Origin: Mustelus asterias
Taxonomy: Eukaryota
DNA: 64,000 nucleotides
Assembly: GCF_964213995.1 (NCBI RefSeq)
Contig: NC_135825.1
Location: 52,824,001 to 52,888,000, forward strand
Reading direction: 5' to 3'
The position numbers and the translations under genes are program-made. The notes under the pieces were generated by a model that was not told where the DNA came from, did no database searches, and saw only the letters and a program-made list of their open reading frames with translations. Below, in pieces: positions 1 through 12,287 of the stretch; positions within the stretch are counted from its first letter, which is position 1; the number at the start of each line of letters is the position of its first letter.

Positions 1-1035
1 AAGGGTCTTTTTCCGGCTGGAGGTCTGTGACCAGTGGTGTTCCGCAGGGCTCTGTACTAGGACCTCTGCTATTTGTGATATATATAAATGATTTGGAAGA
101 AGGTGTAACTGGTGTAATCAGCAAGTTTGCGGATGACACGAAGATGGCTGGAATTGCGGATAGCGAAGAGCATTGTCGGGCAATACAGCAGGATATAGAT
201 AGGCTGGAAAATTGGGCGGAGAGGTGGCAGATGGAATTTAATCTGGATAAATGCGAAGTGATGCATTTTGGAAGAAATAATGTAGGGAGGAGTTATACAA
301 TAAATGGCAGAGTCATCAGGAGTATAGAAACACAGAGGGACCTAGGTGTGCAAGTCCACAAATCCTTGAAGGTGGCAACACAGGTGGAGAAGGTGGTGAA
401 GAAGGCATATGGTATGCTTGCCTTTATAGGACGGGGTATAGAGTATAAAAGCTGGAGTCTGATGATGCAGCTGTATAGAACGCTGGTTAGGCCACATTTG
501 GAGTACTGCGTCCAGTTCTGGTCGCCGCACTACCAGAAGGACGTGGAGGCGTTGGAGAGAGTGCAGAGAAGGTTTACCAGGATGTTGCCTGGTATGGAGG
601 GTCTTAGCTATGAGGAGATATTGGGTAGACTGGGGTTGTTCTCCTTGGAAAGACGGAGAATGAGGGGAGATCTAATAGAGGTGTACAAGATTATGAAGGG
701 TATAGATAGGGTGAACAGTGGGAAGCTTTTTCCCAGGTCGGAGGTGACGATCACGAGGGGTCACGGGCTCAAGCTGAGAGGGGCGAAGTATAACTCAGAC
801 ATCAGAGGGACGTTTTTTACACAGAGGGTGGTGGGGGCCTGGAATGCGCTGCCAAGTAGGGTGGTGGAGGCAGGCACGCTGACATAGTTTAAGACTTACC
901 TGGATAGTCACATGAGCAGCCTGGGAATGGAGGGATACAAACGATTGGTCTAGTTGGACCAAGGAGCGGCACAGGCTTGGAGGGCCGAAGGGCCTGTTTC
1001 CTGTGCTGTACTGTTCTTTGTTCTTTGTTCTTTGT
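1..1035 (+). mobile_element. CR1 LINE 3' part (RT C-terminus, short 3' UTR, (TTCTTTG)n tail)
   Basis: ORF 27-887 contains GVPQGSVLGP, KFADD and RPHLEYCVQFWSP; terminal hairpin GGCCGAAGGGCC followed by TTCTTTG repeats. Confidence 0.95.
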
Positions 1036-2520
1036 ACGGCCTAACCAAAGTTGTATACAATTGAAGCAAAACTTCACTACTCCTGTACTGAAACCCTCTT
1101 GCAATAAAGGCCAACATACCATTCGCCTTCCTAATTGCCAGCTGAAACTGCCTTCAGTGACTTATTGATGAGGACACCCAGGTCCTTTTGTATCTCTATA
1201 AACTCTAACCTCTTACCATTTAATAAATACTCTGCACGTCTATTCCTCCTTCCAAAGTCCAAGTTAATTTGCATTTCTTTCACATTATATTCCATCTGTT
1301 CTTGTCCACTCATTGTGCCCTATTTTACCATTTTAATTCTAAGCGCTGGGCGGACTTGAAACTGGGTGTTTCAAATCCGACTTTTAGACCCGTTCTCAGG
1401 CGTCCCCTTACTCACCCTGCCTGAGACAATATCAGCGATTCTGAATCGCGCTGCACAAGCCTGTGGAGGCCTTCAGCTGCGCACGCGCAGTAAAAAAATA
1501 GAAAAACACTCCCCTGCCACATCTCTCCCAGACTGGATAATGCCTCCCCCCTGATCCCCACAGACATTACTGACCCCCTTCTCCCCCCACCCCCCGCTAC
1601 CCAGACCGATAAAGGGCCCTTGCCCCCCTTTCCCCCCCCCTCACCGATCACACACAGAGTGGCAGCAGACCCCCCTTCCTCCCCCCACTGATCACACACA
1701 GAGTGGCAGCAGAGCCCCCCCGCCCCCCCTCCCCTCACCACCTGCCCCCCCCACCAGAGAGCCATCTGACTTGCCTCCCTCCCCTCTACCACCGATCTGA
1801 GTCAGAGAGCCACCGGAAGCTCTGAACTTACGTCCTCAGAAGCTGGAGCGCCCGAATCAGACCTTTGTGGACCATGTCTGTTTCGCGCCAAATCTGGGCA
1901 GGCGAACACGGTGGTAAAGGGGGAAGTGCCGGTAAGTTTGGGTGTGCAGTCCATTAAGTCAATTTAAATACATGCAAATACATTTAAATTGCCGTCGCAC
2001 CCATTTCGGGCACGGTCCCGATGGCAGCCATTTTCTCTTGGTAAAAGGGGAACGGGCGCAGGCACGCATTGCGCTACTCGCCTCATGCCCGACTTTACCA
2101 AGTTTTCACGCCCAAAAACGGGCGCAACGTGATGATAAAATCGGGCCCATTAAGTCTGTTCAAGTCCACTTGAAGCTGCTTTGCATCTTCCTTACAACAC
2201 ACATTCCCACCTAGCTTTGTATGATCTGCAGACTTGGAAATGTTACATTTGGATCCCACATCCAATTCATATTGTGAACAGCTTGGGCCTGAGTACTGTT
2301 CCCTGCAAAACCCCCTTAGTCACATGTTACCAATGTGAGAATCTATTTCTACTGACTGTTTTCTACCTGTTAACCAATCCTTAACCCATGCCAGTATATT
2401 ACCTCCAATGCAATGTGCTATAATTTTGCTTCCCAGCTACTGTGGGAACTTTAACAAAAGCCTTCTGAAAATCCAAAGTATACTACATCTACTGATCTCC
2501 CTTTATCAATTCTGTCAGTT
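1036..2520 (-). mobile_element. Old degraded CR1 fragment interrupted by a MITE
   Basis: Minus-strand translations (MEYNVK...YLLNGKRL...QKDLGVL) and CR1-like sequence on both sides of 1315-2148. Confidence 0.7.
1315..2148. mobile_element. Non-autonomous DNA transposon (PIF/Harbinger-superfamily-like MITE)
   Basis: Imperfect 17-bp TIRs GTGCCCTATTTTACCAT / ATGATAAAATCGGGCCC, with a 3-bp duplication ATT at 1312-1314 and 2149-2151. Confidence 0.7.
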
Positions 2521-2837
2521 GTTGTTTCTCTTCCCGCACCTAGTGATACGCCAGACAGACTTTAATCTGTCCCCATAGCAAACTTCTTTTTCTAGAACAG
2601 GTTGCTAGCTATTGCCAGAGGCTTAAAACTCAATCGCTCTGGGCACAGTGATGGAATGAAAAGTACATTGGAATGAAACAGCTATTGAACAGGTTCTGAA
2701 ATCTTCAACACTAACCAATTGTGATGAGTTTCAAGCCAGAACATTATGGACCTCACTCAGCAGGCTAGGAATGATCTTGGTGCTGCCAAAGGATTAGACA
2801 CAAATTGTTAAAGCCTTTATTTTTCTGTATAGGTATT

Positions 2838-3137
2838 AAAAGTTTATTCATTAGTCACAAGTAAGGCTTACATTAACACTGCAATGAAGTCACTGTGAAA
2901 TTCCCCTAGTCACCACACTTCGGCACCTGTTCGGGTCAATGCACCCTAACCAGTATGTCTTTCAGATTGTGGGAGGAAACCGGAGCACCCGGAGGAAACC
3001 CACGCAGACACGGGGAAAACGTGCAAACTCCACACAGATAATGATCCAAGCCGGGAATCGAACCCAGGTCCCTGGCGCTGTGAGGCAGCAGTGCTAACCA
3101 CTGTACCACCGTGCCACTCAACTGTGCCACTGTGCCG
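2838..3137 (-). mobile_element. tRNA-derived HE1/V-SINE-type SINE, tail B
   Basis: A/B-box head GGTACAGTGGTTAGCACTG...GGTTCGATTCC, V-like core GGGTTTCCTCCGGGTGCTCCGGTTTCCTCCCAC, tail ...GTAAGCCTTACTTGTGACTAAT. Confidence 0.9.
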
Positions 3138-3594
3138 CTAGATGGATCTGCTCTGCTTGTCTCTATTGCATGAAAATGTTACTCAAGATGAGATTTTGTG
3201 TTCTATCAACTCTCACCTTCTTTCCACCTGGAACACAGGAATGGGAGTAGATCTCCTCCATCTTGTTCTGCCATTCATGAAATTGTGGCTAAACTGACCA
3301 AATTCCATGGATCTGTTTCTTCCCCATATCTCTTCATATCTTTGGCTCACAGAAACCTCACTTCTAAAATTTACAATTTATTTCATATAAATTGCCATTT
3401 GTGCAAAGGCCCAGCTCCAAATTTCTACCACCCTTTGTATGTAGAACTAGTTCCTAACTTCACTTCTGAAAGTCCTGACTCCAATGTTTAGACCACGGGT
3501 GGTATTTCCTGTTCTGGAGACTAAGTCTGGTGGCAGGAGCTGAAGTTAGAATGATTTCCACAGGAGAATGGGATGGCTGAATATGTGGGATCTC

Positions 3595-4078
3595 AAAGAA
3601 CAAAGAACAAAGAACAATACAGCACAGGAACAGGCCCTTCGGCCCTCCAAGCCCGCGCCGCTCCCCGGTCCAGGATTGAATCCTGAATCCAGGATCCCCG
3701 CCCAATTTTCCAGCCTATCTACATACCAATATCCTATCCACCGAGCTGTCCCTCACAGCTACGATGCTTTGTTCATTACAACCTATTAACTCACCCCCAC
3801 CCCCCCATTCCAGGCCATGTAATCTCCAGGGAGAGGCGAAAACCCAGAGTGAAAAACCCCAGGGCCAATATGGGGAAAAGAAAATCTGGGAAATTCCTCT
3901 CCGACCCCCTGAGGCGATCGAAACGAGTCCAGGAGATCACAATGGCCCTGATCGGAAAATGCTTCCCAACCCTAGTCATTTCCACTTCCACGAACACAAT
4001 ATGAATTCCCTGCCCCCGAGACAGGTTCCCAACTATCCGCAGTCTCGCTCTGTACTGGCACCAGCAAGATGATCATAG
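3595..4078 (-). mobile_element. 5'-truncated CR1 consisting only of the extended 3' UTR module
   Basis: Near-identical reverse complement of 14118-14598. Confidence 0.92.
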
Positions 4079-4214
4079 ATCTCGTGCTGTTTGACTCATT
4101 AATTATGCATCCACAAGGAGCATGGTCAATCTCTTGGCAGAGCATGCATGAAATGACCCAACATCTTTCCCACATAGACTCCAAAGTCCGAGCTCCATAT
4201 TTAAATGGCACCCA

Positions 4215-6320
4215 GACAACCATCCAAAGAGCTTCTACGAATACATAAAGGGCAAAAGAGTAACTAGGGAGAGAATAGGGCCTCTTAAGGATCAACAAGG
4301 TCATCTATGTGCGGATCCACACGAGATGGGTGAGATCCTAAGTGAATATTTCTCATCAGTATTTACTTTGAGAAAGGTAGGGATTTTAGAGAACTTGGGG
4401 GAAAAGATAGTGATGTCTTGAGGAGTGTACATATTACAGAGTCTTAAGCACATCAAGGTAGATAAATCCTCAGGACCTGATGAAGTGTATAGATCATAGA
4501 AGATCATAGAAACCCTACAGTGCAGAAGGAGGCCATTCGGCCCATCGAGTCTGTACCGACAACAATCCCACCCCAGGCCTTATCCCCACAACCCCACAGA
4601 TTTACCCCGCTAATCCCTCTAACCTACACATCCCAGGACACTATGGGCAATTTAGCATGGCCAATCAACCTAACCCACACATCTTTAACTGTAGGAGGAA
4701 ACCGGAGCACCCAGAGGAAACCCACGCAGACATGGGGAGAATGTGTAAAGTCCACAAATAGTGACCCAAGCTAGGAATCCAACTCAGGTCCCTGGAGCTG
4801 TGAGGCAGCAGTGCCACCATACCACCCCAGGGCATTGTGGGAGGCTCAGGAGAAAGGTGCGGGTCCCCTAGCAGAGATATTTGAATCATCGATAGTCACA
4901 GGTGAGGTGCCTGTAGATTGGAGGGTAGCAAATGTTGTGCCTTTGTTTAATAAGGAGTGCAGGGAAAAGCCTGGGAACGACAGGCCAGTGAGCCTAACAT
5001 CTGCCGTGGGTAAGTTGTTAAAAGGTATTCTGAGAGACAGGATCTGCAGGCATTTAGAGAGGCAAGAATTGATGAGGAACAGTCAGCACGGCTTTGTGAG
5101 TGGAAAATCATATCTCACGAATTTGATTGAGTTTTTTGAAGAGGTAACTATGAAGGTAGATGAGGGCAATGCAGTCAACTTTGTCTACATGGACTTTAGC
5201 AAGGCCTTTGACAAGGGGCTGCATGGTAGGTTGTTGCATGAGGTTAAATCTCATGGGATCCGGGGTGAGGTAGCCAACTGGATACAAAATTGGCTTGACG
5301 ACAGAAGATAGAGGGTGGTTTTTCAAACTGAAGGCCTGTGATCAGCGGTGTACCTCAGGGATCAGTGCTGGGTCCACTGTTATTTGTCAGGAGGCATGAT
5401 TAGTAAGTTTGAAGATGACACCAAGATTGGTGGCGTAATGGACAGTGAACAGTGAAGAAGGTTATCGAGGATTGCAACGGGATCTTGATCAATTGGGCCA
5501 GTGGGCTGATGAATGGCAGATGGAGTTTAATTTAGATAAATGCGAGGTGATATATTTTGGTAGATAAAACCAGGACAGGACTCAATTAATGGTAGGGCGC
5601 TGGAGAGAGTTATAGAACAAAGAGATCTAGAGGTACAGGTTCATAGCTCCTTGAAAGTGGAGTCACAGGTGAACAGGTTGGTGGAGAAGGCATTCGGCAT
5701 GCTTGGTTTCATTGGTCAGAATGTTGAATACAGGAGTTGGGACATCTTGTTGAAGTTGTACAAGACATTGGTAAGGCCACACTTGGAATACTGTGTACAA
5801 TTCTGGTCGCCCTACTATAGGAAGGATATTATTAAATTAGAAAGAGTGCAGAAAATATTTACTAGAATGCTACCGGGACTTGATGGTTATATGGAAAGGC
5901 TGAATAGACTGGGACTTTTTTCCCTGGAGTGTAGGAGTCTTAGGGGTGATCTTATAGAGGTCTATAAAATAATGAGAGGCATGGATGAAGTAGATAGTCA
6001 ACATCTTTTCCCAAAGGTAGGGGAGTCTAAACTAGAGGGCATAAGTTTAAGGTGAGAGGGGAGAGATACAAAAGGGTCCAGAGGGGCAATTGTTTCACAC
6101 AGAGGGTGGTGAGTGTCTGGAACAAGCTGCCAGAGGTAGTAGTAGAGGCGGGCACAATTTTGTCTCATGAAAAGCACTTAGACAGTTTGATGGGTAAGAT
6201 GGGTATAGAGGGATATGGGCCAAACTCGGGCAATTGGGACATGCTTAGTGGTAAAACCTAGGCGTCATGGACAAGTTGGGCTGAAGGGCCTGTATCCATG
6301 CTGTAAACTTCTATGACTCA
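4215..6320 (+). mobile_element. Degraded CR1 (ORF2 fragments), with a minus-strand SINE nested at ~4493-4825
   Basis: ORFs 4811-5311 and 5651-6055 have CR1 RT motifs (WRVANVVPLF, DFSKAFDK, RPHLEYC); tail CTATGACT. Confidence 0.92.
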
Positions 6321-6769
6321 TTCACTCTTCCACTCTGCTCCTCGACTCCCCCACCACCAACCAACCCCCACAAACCTGTACCCCCACTGTCCCATCCTGC
6401 CACGGTCTCAGCCCTCCCTTGGCACAACTTGTGCTATAGATTGCCGATACCTCTCAGTGATGGTGTGAAAGCAGCATCTACTAGCCTCAAACCCCGGGAA
6501 GATGTCTACCCTACTAGGTGCACGCTACTTGTATACCATCCTGAAAGTGAACGTTCTAAATTCCCGATGGAGGGACACTGAGTCTGGAAGGGGAACCAGA
6601 TTCCGGTGTGGGGGGGCTTCAATGAATATTCATGCGATGTGGGATGGGGCTCCTGACATCGATCCGCAGGACATTCCACTCACCTTTAAGCTGCTGTGAA
6701 AGTTGAGGGACAAAGATTCCAAATTAATTCCCTGCCATTGGGAAATTGATTGTGAACTTCCGGCTGGTT

Positions 6770-7950
6770 CTACCCTCTATCCCCTAGTTCTTACCCAACA
6801 GTAATAGTTTCTCTCTATCCACCCTACCTGTTGCCCTTGATAGCTTGAAATCTTTGATAAAATTGGCCAATAGCCAGCTAAGTTGCATAAAATAAAACAC
6901 CAGATTGTGTTAACACTCTTCACAGTTTAACCTTTGGATTCCGAATTAATCTACGTTGCACTGCCTCAAAAGTCAATATGTCTTTCCTAAGGTATGGTGT
7001 CCTGGGCTGTTCGCCATACTCCAACTGTGGTCTAACTAGGGTTTTCTCTAGTTAGAACATAGAACATAGAACAGTACAGCACAGAACAGGCCCTTCGGCC
7101 CACGATGTTGTGCCGAGCTTTATCTGAAACCAAGATCAAGCTATCCCACTCCCTATCATCCTGGTGTGCTCCATGTGCCTATCCAATAACCGCTTAAATG
7201 TTCCTCAAGTGTCTGACTCCACTATCACTGCAGGCAGTCCATTCCACACCCCAACCACTCTCTGCGTAAAGAACCTACCTCTGATATCCTTCCTATATCT
7301 CCCACCAGGAACCCTATAGTTATGCCCCCTTGTAATAGCTCCATCCACCCGAGGAAATAGTCTTTGAACGTTCACTCTATCTATCCCCTTCATCATTTTA
7401 TAAACCTCTATTAAGTCTCCCCTCAGCCTCCTCCGCTCCAGAGAGAACAGCCCTAGCTCCCTCAACCTTTCCTCATAAGACCTACCCTCCAAACCAGGCA
7501 GCATCCTGGTAAATCTCCTCTAGTTGTAGTAGAACATCAGATCCCTATAATTCTATTCCCCGAGACATAAAGGTCAACATTCTATCAGTCTCTTTAATTA
7601 TTTTTTGTATCTGTCCATTACGTTTTAACAACTTATGCATATGAATCGCTAAGTCTCTTTGGATGTCTACTGTTCCTAGCTTTTCACCACTTAGAAATCT
7701 CTCTCATCTGTCCTCGTAAGATCCAAAGTAGCTGATCCATCCATTTATCAGAGTTTGGCCATGAACCAAATTTATTCATGTATCTCTGCTTCCATCTTCA
7801 CAGCTTACAATGTCACTTTTCTTTGTATCATTGGCAAACTTCAATGTGTGTCTTTCTATACCTTCATCTGAGTCATAAACAAATTTGGTGAATAGCTCAG
7901 CACATCAACACAGATCCTTGTGAAATCTCACTAATCAAACCCTGCCAATG
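6770..7950 (-). mobile_element. Old CR1 with a younger CR1 3' end nested at 7054-7517
   Basis: The nested copy encodes LGLFSLERRRLRGDLIEVYK and is flanked by an 8-bp duplication CTCTAGTT (7046-7053 and 7518-7525). Confidence 0.85.
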
Positions 7951-9136
7951 AGAGTACTTGCCCATTATGCCTACTCTGTGGGCTAGATCTTTAAGGGGTC
8001 ATGGGGCACACCATGGAGGAGTGAAAGTGTCTGCCAGGACCAGATTCCAGGATTCCTGACCCCATTCCTAAGATTTTTGATTTTCAGGAGTACCTTTTTA
8101 AGGGTGTGAAGGTTTGGGTCCCAAGACCACATCCTGCAATCCCAACCTGGCCAGCTCTATTTTGGGGATACACATGTCCTCATTCACAGCAATGTTCATG
8201 GAGTCAGGCCAAGTTTTCATGGAACCCTTTTGAAGGTAAGTTCAAAATGTCCTCCTCATGCCCCCCTATACCAAGGTATGCTCCCCCATCCCTTATGGTT
8301 CTGCATGCCCTCCATGTCAAAATATTCATCCTAACCATTATGCCCATCCCACCAACCCCCTGTAGACCCTCATGTCCTCTTGCCAAGGTTGCTTCCACCC
8401 AACTCCTATAGCCTCTCCTGCCCCTATGTTAGCTATGCTGTCCAACGAGCTCCTATGGCCACTCCATGCCAAGCTGCCAAGCCATGACATTTTAATGACC
8501 TGCTCGCTATACACTGTATTGAACCAATGAACCTCATAGTGACAATAGAATATGTTAAAGAAGCTTTAAAAAGAGTAATTCATTCATAAAATTGCTTTCA
8601 TTACAGGCCAATAAATATTGATCATCCAGAGTCTTTAAAGGATCGATTGCAGAAACTGCAAGCATTTGAAACCACTTGCGTAGATAAACATCGTGAAATT
8701 GACAGAAGAGATCAGAGAGCCAGAGCTATCAATCAAGCAAGTTTCAGTCCTCCAGTGGATTTCTGGGCTTTCAGCCGAGTCTCATTAAGCATTCTTGGCG
8801 GAAAGTCCCAGACATCTATTAAAGGATTGAAACACCTGAGCCCCAGGAAAAACATTACTTGCTTGGCACCTTTTAAACAGCCTGCATTGGCACCCAGCGG
8901 CCCCTGTGGCTGCCTCTCACTTCTTTCCCAGGTCGGCTTGCCCACACCCTCCCCACCCCCACCAACAATGGAAGTCCTTCCTCCTGAGACAGCCGTGCCG
9001 AGCCAGGAACTTTCCTAATTCCTGCTACCCACCTTGATGGTGAAAGTCCAGCCCCCTGCCTCCTACCCCTCAGCCAATTGCCTAACCAGGTCAATAATTT
9101 GCCTTCCATTCTATAAGCTTAACTTTAGCTAACAAA

Positions 9137-10825
9137 TGGACAACACGGTGGCACAGTGGTTAGCACTGCTGCCTCACAGCTCCAGGGAGCCAGGTTCAAT
9201 TCCAGCCTCGGGTCGATGCGGAGTTTGTATATTCTCCCTCTGTCTGTGTGGGTTTCCTCCGGGTGCTCTGGTTTCCTCCCACAGTCTGAAAGACATGCTG
9301 GTTAGGTGAATTGGCCATGCTAAATTCTCCCTCAGTGTCCATAAGACCATAAGACATATATGGATACAAAATTGGCTTCTTGACAGAAGCCAGAGGGTGG
9401 TTGTAGAGGGGTGTTTTTCAAACTGGAGGCCTGTGACCAGCGGTGTGCCTCAGGGATCAGTCCTGGGTCCACTGTTATTTGTCATTTATATTAATGATTT
9501 GGATGAGAATATAGGAGGCATGGTTAGTAAGTTTGCAGATGACACTAAGATTGGTGGCATAGTGGACAGTGAAGAAAGTTATCTCCAATTGCAATGGGAT
9601 CTTGATCAATTGGGCCAGTGGGCTGACGAATGGCAGATTGACTTTAATTTAGACAAATGCGAGGTGATGCATTTTGGTAGATTGAACCAGGGCAGGACTT
9701 ACTCAGTTAATGGTAGAGCGTTGAGAAGAGTTACAGAACAAAGAGATCTCGGGGTACATGTTCATAGCTCCTTGAAAGTGGAGTCACAGGTGGGCAGAGT
9801 GGTGAAGAAGGCATTCGGCATGCTTGGTTTCATCGGTCAGAACATTGAATACAGAAGTTGGAACGTCTTGTTGAAGTTGTACAAGACATTGGTAAGGCCA
9901 CACTTGGAATACTGTGTGCAATTCTGGTCACCCTATTATAGAAAGTATATTATTAAACTAGAAAGAGTGCAGAAAAGATTGACTAGGATGCTACCAGGAC
10001 TTGATGGATTGAGTTATAAGGAGAGGCTGGATAGACTGGGACATTTTCCTCTGGAGCGTAGGAGGCTGAGGAGTGATCTTATAGAGGTCTATAACATAAT
10101 GAGGGGCACAGATCAGCTAGATAGTCAATATCTTTTCCCAAAACTAGAGGGCATAGGTTTAAGGTGAGAGGGGAGAGATACAAAAGTGTCCAGAGGGGCA
10201 ATTTTTTCACCCAGAAAGTGGTGAGTGTCTGGAACAAGCTGCCAGAGGTAGTAGTAGAGGTGGGTACAATTTTGTCTTTTAAAAAGCATTTAGATAGTTA
10301 CATGGATAAGATGGGTATAGAGGGATATGGGCCAAATGCGGGCAATTGGGACTAGCTTAGGGGTTTTAAAAAAAAGGGCGGCATGGACAAGTTGGGTCGA
10401 AGGGCCTGTCTCCATGCTGTAAACCTCTATGACTCTATGAGCAGAATTAGGCCACTCGGCCCATCGAGTCTTCTCTGCCACACAATCATGTCTGTTTTCT
10501 TTTCTCATCCTCATTCTCCTGCCTTTTTCCCATAACACTTGATTAATCAAGAACCTATCTATCTCTGTCTTAAAGACACTCAGTGACCCGGCCTCCACAG
10601 CCTTCTGCGGCAAAGAGTTCCACAGATTCACCACTCTCTGGCTGAAGAAATTCCTCCTCATCCCCGTGTCCCAAGACGTGTAGGTTAGGGGAATTAATGG
10701 GACAGGCGCGTGGGGTTATGGGGATGGGGCAGGGCCTGGTTAGGATGCTCTGCCGGAGAGTCGGTGCAGACTCGATGGGCCAAATGGCCTTCTATGGCAC
10801 TGCAGGGATTCTATGATTCTATTCT
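9137..10825 (+). mobile_element. SINE split by a minus-strand CR1 tail (9341-10662), itself split by a plus-strand CR1 (9359-10440)
   Basis: SINE head/core at 9137-9340 resumes at 10666, with GTGTCC duplicated. ORF 9397-10167 is CR1 RT. Confidence 0.88.
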
Positions 10826-11294
10826 ATCTTATTATTGCTGTTTTAATAATAAATTGGGGGTGTTTGGATAAACTCAATATATGCTGTACAAAACAAGCTG
10901 GGATGTCATTGAGATATGTTGAATATTTAATGGTAGATCTAATTGATTGCCTTCAAATAGGTCAAGAAAGTAGGCCTGAGGCTGTAAATTTAAATGAGTG
11001 AACAGTAAATGTAAACAGATCGTTGGAAGAATTTTGCTAATCAAAAAGCGATGAAAATGTCTAGAAATGTTCGGGAAACTGAAAATGCAGTTGGGCACTA
11101 AAGAGAACAGCATTGAATGAGTGAACTCCAGTGAGCAGAATAACTTGTCCCCGTCCCAGAACTTTCCTCAAATGGAAGCCACATTTAATCAATTAAAAAC
11201 ACCATTTTACAAGTTTAAAAAGCATTCTTAGTGCGCAAGGAAGTGTCCGAAATGTAAACTGCAAATCCTACACTGCCCTATTTCCATAGCAACT

Positions 11295-11606
11295 AAGTTT
11301 AAGTTCGTTATTAGTGTCACAAGTGGGCTTACATTAACACTGTAATGAAGCTACTGTGAAAATCCCCTAGTCGCCACACTCCGGCACCTGTTCAGGTACA
11401 CTGAGGGAGAATTTAGCATGGCCAATGCACCTAACCAGCATGTCTTTCGGACTGTGGGAGGAAACCGGAGCACCCAGGGGAAACCCACGCAGACATGGGG
11501 AGAATGTGCAAACTCCACACAGACGGTGACCCAAGCCGGGAGTCGAACCCGGGTCCCTGGCGCTGGGAGGCAGCAGTGCTAACTGCTGTGCCACTGTGCC
11601 GCCCAA
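11295..11606 (-). mobile_element. HE1/V-SINE-type SINE, tail B
   Basis: Full head, core and tail B. Confidence 0.9.
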
Positions 11607-12157
11607 CTGTCAGTTGTTAAGAACCCAATACCAGGTCGTAACATCAAACGCTTCCTTTAAATTAAAAACTTTCACAGCAGCCTAAGAGTCGGAAAGAAAA
11701 ATATTGTTTTCTCATAAAATATGTTAAATTCTGGTAACTTTCAAGAGCGGGTATTTACCTCAGCGGGGAGTGCGTGCCCCTCGCTCCCTCCCACATAAGC
11801 ACTCAGCTCCTGTCTCAAGACGAAGTGTCAGGTAGCTGCTCTCAATATAGTTATGAATGCTTCTGAGCGCTGTTATAAACTTACCCTGCAAAATATGCAC
11901 AGTGTCACCAGGGGTATTCAGCAGGCTAGAGAAACAGAAATCACACCCATGTCACTGCATTTTAATGTTCTGCAGTGTGGTCCTCACGCAATTCCTTTAA
12001 TTCATCACCAGAAATACACCTCACTCCCGCCAACCTGAAAGCACCAACATCTCACCCTGTAACTCAAAACGCTCTCAACTTTGATCAGAAAAATCAGCAA
12101 TTGTCTCACTAATTCTTTTAAATATGTAAAATCTAGAACCATCCATAAAATGTAAAA

Positions 12158-12287
12158 TAAAAGCAAAATACTGCGGATGCTGGAATCTGAAATCAAAAGA
12201 GAAACTGCTGGAAAATCTCAGCGGGTCTGGCAGCATCTGTAAGGAGAGGAAAGAGCTGACGTTTCGAGTCCAGATGACCCTTCGTCA
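12158..12287 (-). mobile_element. Penelope-like pseudo-LTR fragment with a minimal hammerhead ribozyme motif (continues at 14611-14615)
   Basis: Removing the CR1 and one TSD copy gives minus-strand AGCT-TTGACGA-AGGGTCATCTGGACTC-GAAAC-GTC-AGCT. The same repeat family occurs at 59391-59855 and 61050-61068. Confidence 0.75.

Noticed and set aside
3905-3936. Hammerhead-like string CTGAGGCGATCGAAACGAGTC antisense to the CR1 UTR module
   Set aside because: Position 9 is C rather than A and no helix I can form around the GUC; the segment is better explained as the side hairpin of the sense-strand fold.
11367-11606. Many 60-150 aa ORFs such as MGGTVAQQLALL... and LCGVCTFSPCLRGFPPGAPVSSHS
   Set aside because: Recurrent translations of SINE sequence, not genes.
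1-12150. Exons of mammalian APOBEC2 neighbours such as OARD1
   Set aside because: No matching peptide was found by eye in the unique segments; small exons could have been missed.
12274-12287. ATG start for the 594-aa RT ORF
   Set aside because: The ATG comes from the flanking Penelope fragment; the CR1 is 5'-truncated and lacks the endonuclease.
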